From positions 1 to 64,000 of the IMG/VR virus record IMGVR_UViG_3300032250_000449: a stretch of DNA of 64,000 nucleotides; one strand, 5' to 3'. The notes below the pieces were generated by a model, which was not told the DNA's origin, ran no database searches, and saw nothing but the letters and a program-made list of their open reading frames with translations. Origin of the DNA: a virus (Duplodnaviria > Caudoviricetes). The position numbers and the translations under genes were made by a program. This document shows, piece by piece, positions 59,117 through 64,000 of this stretch; the stretch's first letter is position 1; each line of letters begins with the position of its first letter.

Positions 59117-61336
59117 TTAGCCTCCTACGCCAATAATTAATGGTAGTGTGATATTCTGAACGCCTCTAGAAAATGCTTGACCTTCAATTGTACTGCGCTC
59201 AAAGTCAACTCTTAAGTCTTTACCTAGATATGTATCTCCTCGCTCTGTGGAGAAGGTAGCATAGATAAGACCACCACCGTTTGAATATAGATTTGTTGTT
59301 GGGTCTGGTGCCACACCAGTAGCTCTTTGGCCATATGGTAGAGCATTATAATTAATACCAGAACCAGCATATGAAAACTGTTGAGATGTGGCTTCAATTC
59401 TTGATTCGAAAGGAATTGTATATGTCTCAGGGGTTGACACGACATTACTAATAAGACTAAACAATTCATTAATCATATTGTTTGCACGAGTACCAGCATT
59501 AATCTGTGTATTTGCAGTGATGCCTCTAAGTGTATCCCTCACTATGTCCCATGAATATAGAAAATATGGTTTTAGTGATGAAGCAAATACGTAGTCTGGT
59601 GGTGTTGGCGCTGTTGCTACAGAAAGTATGGTTGTATTTGTTGATGGCGATAAATTTTCGTTTAAATTATAGCCAACAGCAAATGTTCCTTTTGAATATT
59701 GAACAATTATAGTGTTTGTATTGCTGTTAACACTGTATACTATACCATTAGCAACATAACTATGCGTAGTATTGCTACTATAAACAAAATTTTCTACATC
59801 AAACCCTGCGGTATCCTCAACTTGAATTGAATATCTAACATCAGCAGATGGTCCAATTGAATTGGCTGTAAATAGACCATATGTGAAAAATCTTGCGCCC
59901 TGATCTTTACCGGATTTAATGTCATCAGCAAGCTCAGTTAATAGTGTAGTCGTGTCTCTAGCAGTTAATGTGAGATATGTAGGATTTGAAGAAATGGTTG
60001 TCCATCCATCAATTGCCTCATATTTTGTCATCAACGACGAAACAATTGTTGATATATTATTTGAAATGTAATTTGCTAGGTTTGAAGATACGCTAAGGTT
60101 CTGAGCGTTTGCTACTCCATCGATCTTGACAGCATATCTAAATCCTGTAGAAACGAATGCATAGTCACCGAATGTGCTATTTGAGTTTGTTGTTGTAATC
60201 TGACCACCAGCATGTGCCCAAACACCAACTCTTGACCAGTTAGTAAATATAGAAACTAGCTGAACAAGAGCATCGTTTACTACTGCATAACCAACCCCGT
60301 TTGGATTGACCGCAGTGAATGAGTCAACAACAACCGATCTTAATGGTGAATCTGGGTCTAATACAGCACCATCAGCATATAGATTGCCCCCACCAAATGG
60401 GCATAGCGGATTTCCTGCCTCACGATCAATAGGTAGTGACATTTGCTCGTATGTGAAATCATGAATTTGTGTACTATCTGCAATATACGGAGAACGAGTG
60501 ATATATTCGCCCGGTTTAAATGCGAAAGCATAACCATACTTTGGTGGACCGCCCTCTATAGTGAATGGCTCGTGTTGTAATCCCTTGAAGGTAAAACCAC
60601 GAACTTTTACACCACTTGATAGAAGGAACATATTGTTTGGTGATGTAGTTTGGTTCCACGAAGGATAAAGCGTAGTCACACGAACGTCATAACCATATAG
60701 AGCACAGTTTCTAGGAACCACCGTATTTGGGCCGACTGAGTATTCGCCGGGATGAACAATAACTACGCATGGATTACCATCAGCAGCGGCAGCTTCAAGA
60801 GCAGCGCCTACTGTGGCCTTTGCTTTGTAAACGCTTTTACCATTATTACTATCAGAACCAGACATTGTAACATAGAAAGTACGAGCGATATCTTTCTTAG
60901 GAACGATTTGTGTTAAAAGTGACTGAATTATACCAGTGTTTGACCATGATCCTGTACCAGAACCACCAACCTTAAGATAAAAATCATTGTTTAATACAAC
61001 AGGGTCGCCATAAACAAGAGCAAGTGTGTTTGCATTATAACTAAGATTTGCATTAAGAACTGCGGTATTGGCAGCAAATATATCAACCTTTCCAAGACCA
61101 GCAGCAGAAAGAACGTCAATAGCCTCTTCAAGACCATTAACGTTTGGAATGTCCATATTACCTATAACAATTTTACCAATCTTGTCAACCGCAAACTTAC
61201 TAAACCCTTCAATTTGAAGATCAATAAGTCTTGAGTTGATTGCAGAGTTGATATCTGCTACATTCATCTTAATGGCAGAATACTGAAGAATGTTATCATT
61301 CCATGTATCCGTCATATTATAAATTTTGCTTGACAC
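59117..61336 (-). CDS. Fibre/spike-like beta-helix protein
   Basis: FYV..SGSD.NNG, PGEY, ITRSPY, SNSTFGDY, FSYAGSG..YNALP; GATAAATA at 61363-61370. Confidence 0.78.
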   Translation of the reverse strand: MSSKIYNMTDTWNDNILQYSAIKMNVADINSAINSRLIDLQIEGFSKFAVDKIGKIVIGNMDIPNVNGLEEAIDVLSAAGLGKVDIFAANTAVLNANLSYNANTLALVYGDPVVLNNDFYLKVGGSGTGSWSNTGIIQSLLTQIVPKKDIARTFYVTMSGSDSNNGKSVYKAKATVGAALEAAAADGNPCVVIVHPGEYSVGPNTVVPRNCALYGYDVRVTTLYPSWNQTTSPNNMFLLSSGVKVRGFTFKGLQHEPFTIEGGPPKYGYAFAFKPGEYITRSPYIADSTQIHDFTYEQMSLPIDREAGNPLCPFGGGNLYADGAVLDPDSPLRSVVVDSFTAVNPNGVGYAVVNDALVQLVSIFTNWSRVGVWAHAGGQITTTNSNSTFGDYAFVSTGFRYAVKIDGVANAQNLSVSSNLANYISNNISTIVSSLMTKYEAIDGWTTISSNPTYLTLTARDTTTLLTELADDIKSGKDQGARFFTYGLFTANSIGPSADVRYSIQVEDTAGFDVENFVYSSNTTHSYVANGIVYSVNSNTNTIIVQYSKGTFAVGYNLNENLSPSTNTTILSVATAPTPPDYVFASSLKPYFLYSWDIVRDTLRGITANTQINAGTRANNMINELFSLISNVVSTPETYTIPFESRIEATSQQFSYAGSGINYNALPYGQRATGVAPDPTTNLYSNGGGLIYATFSTERGDTYLGKDLRVDFERSTIEGQAFSRGVQNITLPLIIGVGG

Positions 61337-61382
61337 TCGTTTTCCCTTTTATTTGTATTCTTTATTTATCAAATTTATTTAA

Positions 61383-62753
61383 TTAATTTCCAACAACAAA
61401 CCAATAATGATTACGTGCAGTGCCATCATTATAAATTGTAAATCCTGTATTGGTTAAACCGGAAACAGCAGAAGAACCCTGTGGAGAGCCACTACCAGTT
61501 GTCGTATCTTGATGTGTTAGTTGCACATTCCAAACATTAGTAAACAAAGCAGAGGGGAATGTAATAGAAGCAGAAGAGTCTGATCCAACAAAAGCTGTAC
61601 CCCATGCCATAATTATTCCATTTGGTAGTTTTGTATATCCACCATTTGATACTGCGCTTGTTGTGAAATCAGATGATGTTAAGAATTTACTTGAACCAGA
61701 GTAAATAGTACCATTACTATTAAGCGCAATTTTACCAGTACCGCCTTTACTTGCCGAATAAATTTTTATGCCGTTTGTGAAACGCATAGAGGCATAACCA
61801 TCATTTAGATCGGCAATATCACCAGCGTCAGAAATACTGATTCCGCCACCAAGAGCATTTGCAGTAGATATCGAAAGATTACCAGTCAATGAAGCAGTTG
61901 CTGCGGCAAAAGAACCTGTAGTAGAAGAATCACCAGACCATGACCATTCACCAGTACTATCTACTGTAACAGTTCCATAAACTGTCGATCCAAGATAATC
62001 AGTTACTCTTAATTTTGCATTACCGCCATCAGCAGCACGAAGATTTATACCGCCCCTAGTACCAGAGGCAGGAGTAATAGATTCAATGTAACCGGGTGTG
62101 CGGAAAACATTTTCGTTCAAAACAAAAACCGTATCTCCTGTTATCGAATATGATGTGCCAGTGATTGCAGTAAATTTACCAACATTTGGAGTAGTTGTAC
62201 CAATACCAGCGGGCGCTTCCCATGTTTTTGAATTTAATTTTGCTGTATTAGCAGAAGTAAGTGTTGCAATATATGCCGAATCAACAGCGACACCAGCAGA
62301 ACTAACCTTTATACCATCGCTTGGTTTTACAGTCAATGAACCAGAAGAAGTTATATCACCATTAAGACCATTACCACCCTGAACTCTTGTAACTGTACCA
62401 AGACCAGCATTAGTCCAATACAAATATCCACCAGTACCAATCGCTAAAATTTGTCCTGCCACACCAATTCTATTGTTAGCAACAATTCTTGTAGTAGGAC
62501 CAAAAATAAATGTTGTGCTGTTTGCAGAAATACAATTTGCAACTTGGAATGTATTCGATGTGAATACATTGTTTGTGCTAAACCTGCCGTGAAGAGTAGC
62601 ATTACGAGGACTTGTAGTTGATCCAGTGATGCCACTAGTACTATTAGCAGTCATAATCTCATTAGACAATGATTCAAAAAGTTGATTGGTGCGAGTTACC
62701 CACGAACCAAAGGTGTCTACTTGAATATCAACATTGGCAATTTGTCTAGCCAT
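61383..62753 (-). CDS. Tail fibre protein with C-terminal GYxKLPNG.I..WG tip domain
   Basis: DTF..W...TN N-terminus; IG.TTP..G.FT; GYTKLPNGIIMAWG. Confidence 0.8.
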   Translation of the reverse strand: MARQIANVDIQVDTFGSWVTRTNQLFESLSNEIMTANSTSGITGSTTSPRNATLHGRFSTNNVFTSNTFQVANCISANSTTFIFGPTTRIVANNRIGVAGQILAIGTGGYLYWTNAGLGTVTRVQGGNGLNGDITSSGSLTVKPSDGIKVSSAGVAVDSAYIATLTSANTAKLNSKTWEAPAGIGTTTPNVGKFTAITGTSYSITGDTVFVLNENVFRTPGYIESITPASGTRGGINLRAADGGNAKLRVTDYLGSTVYGTVTVDSTGEWSWSGDSSTTGSFAAATASLTGNLSISTANALGGGISISDAGDIADLNDGYASMRFTNGIKIYSASKGGTGKIALNSNGTIYSGSSKFLTSSDFTTSAVSNGGYTKLPNGIIMAWGTAFVGSDSSASITFPSALFTNVWNVQLTHQDTTTGSGSPQGSSAVSGLTNTGFTIYNDGTARNHYWFVVGN

Positions 62754-62940
62754 AATTTTTCCCGTTTAATACTTGATTAAGTAAATTTTTGATTTCTTTA
62801 AGTTCACATTCTAGGCAATTCATTTTATTCTGAAGGCTATCTGCTTTCTTCTTTTCTTCACGTTTTGCCAAAATCATTTTATAATAGTTGTCATCATTAT
62901 TTATAATAGCACCAGTGCTATCATCTCGTATAAATGTCAT
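62746..62940 (-). CDS. Conserved small T4-like protein following VrlC
   Basis: RD..TGAIIN...Y...L.EIK.LL. Confidence 0.75.
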   Translation of the reverse strand: MTFIRDDSTGAIINNDDNYYKMILAKREEKKKADSLQNKMNCLECELKEIKNLLNQVLNGKNYG

Positions 62941-64000
62941 GCTGACACACCTATTACTTGAATTTGATCTATCTTTGGTATAACATATGTTGAATCTGAA
63001 AGGAATACAATTTTAATTTGCATAGAATCAAAAGTATCAACCTCAACAAGAGCTTCATTGTAATACCTTGAGATGTTGTTATTCATTGGATTGTTGAAAG
63101 CAATATTTGGATATTTAGCTTTGGCAACCGACATACCGTCACTTACAACACTATTACTTGAAATTGGAGAGCCTAGTGTAATAAATGTTGCACCAACTTC
63201 CTTAGCAACGGCAATTGTATAATTCTGTGGAAAAATTGAACTATAAATTTTAATAACATCGTTGTTGGAGAGATATGACTGTGGATTAACGTTAGCTGCT
63301 GCTACATTCGTATTAGCATATACTGTTTTAAACACACCCGGAATGTCAATAGTTTCTGATGCAGTAGGAAGCCCTAATTCATACTCAATAAAATTATTAG
63401 GGTCTTCACTAGAACTATATGTACTTGCGCTTGTTATATACTCTAGTGGTGTCCATGATTTATCATCAAATGGTTCTGGGTCTTGTGAGTTATGAACCTT
63501 TGCATATACTTTAATTTCTGTTCCAACTGGACGATATGCTGTCATGAATACACGAATATCTTCAGCAAAACGATCTTTAGCAAATACTACCTTTTTGGCA
63601 ATGTGACGAGCAAGAGCAGTTCCATTACCGCCAACTTCACTATCATATGCCACTCCATTTGAAGTAAATGTATAAGTATTTGAAACCAAATTTTTGATCG
63701 AATATAGATCGATTTGGTTTCCTTCAATTGAAGGAGATGTGTAAAAGTTTGAAGCAGATGTGTTTAATTGAAGCTGTGCATCTATTTTAACAGACTTATT
63801 GTTAATAAGTAATGATGCATCATTATATAGATTATTATTCATAATTTCTTGTGAACGAGAAAGAATTTGTGCATCATATTTAGTGATGTTCTTTACTCTT
63901 ATATCATTAATTTCAATCCATTCATCACGCTGTCCTGTGTAACTATATGTTCCCCCGTTGTTTTCCGCAGCAGAGAAGTTGATATCAATCTTACCAGCAG
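62937..64000 (-). CDS. VrlC-like large baseplate/virion protein, C-terminal part (5' end outside window)
   Basis: Open frame to window end; A.HI.K.V, AYRP....I.VY.K, F.EYE, F...QIKIV. Confidence 0.75.
   Translation of the reverse strand, partial: AGKIDINFSAAENNGGTYSYTGQRDEWIEINDIRVKNITKYDAQILSRSQEIMNNNLYNDASLLINNKSVKIDAQLQLNTSASNFYTSPSIEGNQIDLYSIKNLVSNTYTFTSNGVAYDSEVGGNGTALARHIAKKVVFAKDRFAEDIRVFMTAYRPVGTEIKVYAKVHNSQDPEPFDDKSWTPLEYITSASTYSSSEDPNNFIEYELGLPTASETIDIPGVFKTVYANTNVAAANVNPQSYLSNNDVIKIYSSIFPQNYTIAVAKEVGATFITLGSPISSNSVVSDGMSVAKAKYPNIAFNNPMNNNISRYYNEALVEVDTFDSMQIKIVFLSDSTYVIPKIDQIQVIGVSA

Noticed and set aside
1-64000. Stop-codon reassignment
   Set aside because: Core genes are full length in the standard code; the three interruptions are explained by an intron, a split intein and a single-base frameshift.

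Overview
This window is a 64-kb segment of an AT-rich T4-like myovirus (cyanomyophage/phiM12-type gene order). The host is most plausibly an alphaproteobacterium; that is an inference from the IbpA-type Hsp20, the Prx5 and GANTC-bearing promoters. Nearly all genes are on the minus strand. From left to right it holds: a T5 A1-like nuclease (truncated), a GH19 endolysin and Hsp20; an ~11-kb accessory region (dCMP deaminase, MazG-like, phosphoesterase, free-standing GIY-YIG endonuclease, cytidylyltransferase, HAD nucleotidase, peroxiredoxin, one tRNA); the replication/recombination block (regA, 62, 44, 45, 46, 47, 55, uvsW, uvsY); the head, tail and neck block (3, 23, 22, 21, 20, 19, 18, 17, 16, 15, 14, 13); and a large fibre/adhesin cluster. 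Several elements are missed by the ORF track. (1) An 82-nt tRNA-Arg(UCU)-like gene whose D-loop and one D-stem strand appear relocated 3' of the anticodon arm. (2) A 301-nt ORF-less group I intron in a glycosyltransferase gene. (3) A terminase gene fractured by an atypically split intein around a GIY-YIG gene with its own late promoter and RBS-occluding hairpin. (4) Sigma70-type promoters enriched in GANTC. (5) A ROSE-like thermometer on hsp20. (6) A +1 frameshift in gene 47. (7) A duplicated three-gene fibre cassette, one copy ending in a BspA/DUF285 repeat protein coupled to a heme-oxygenase-like gene. All assignments come from motif recognition by eye; no searches were run.
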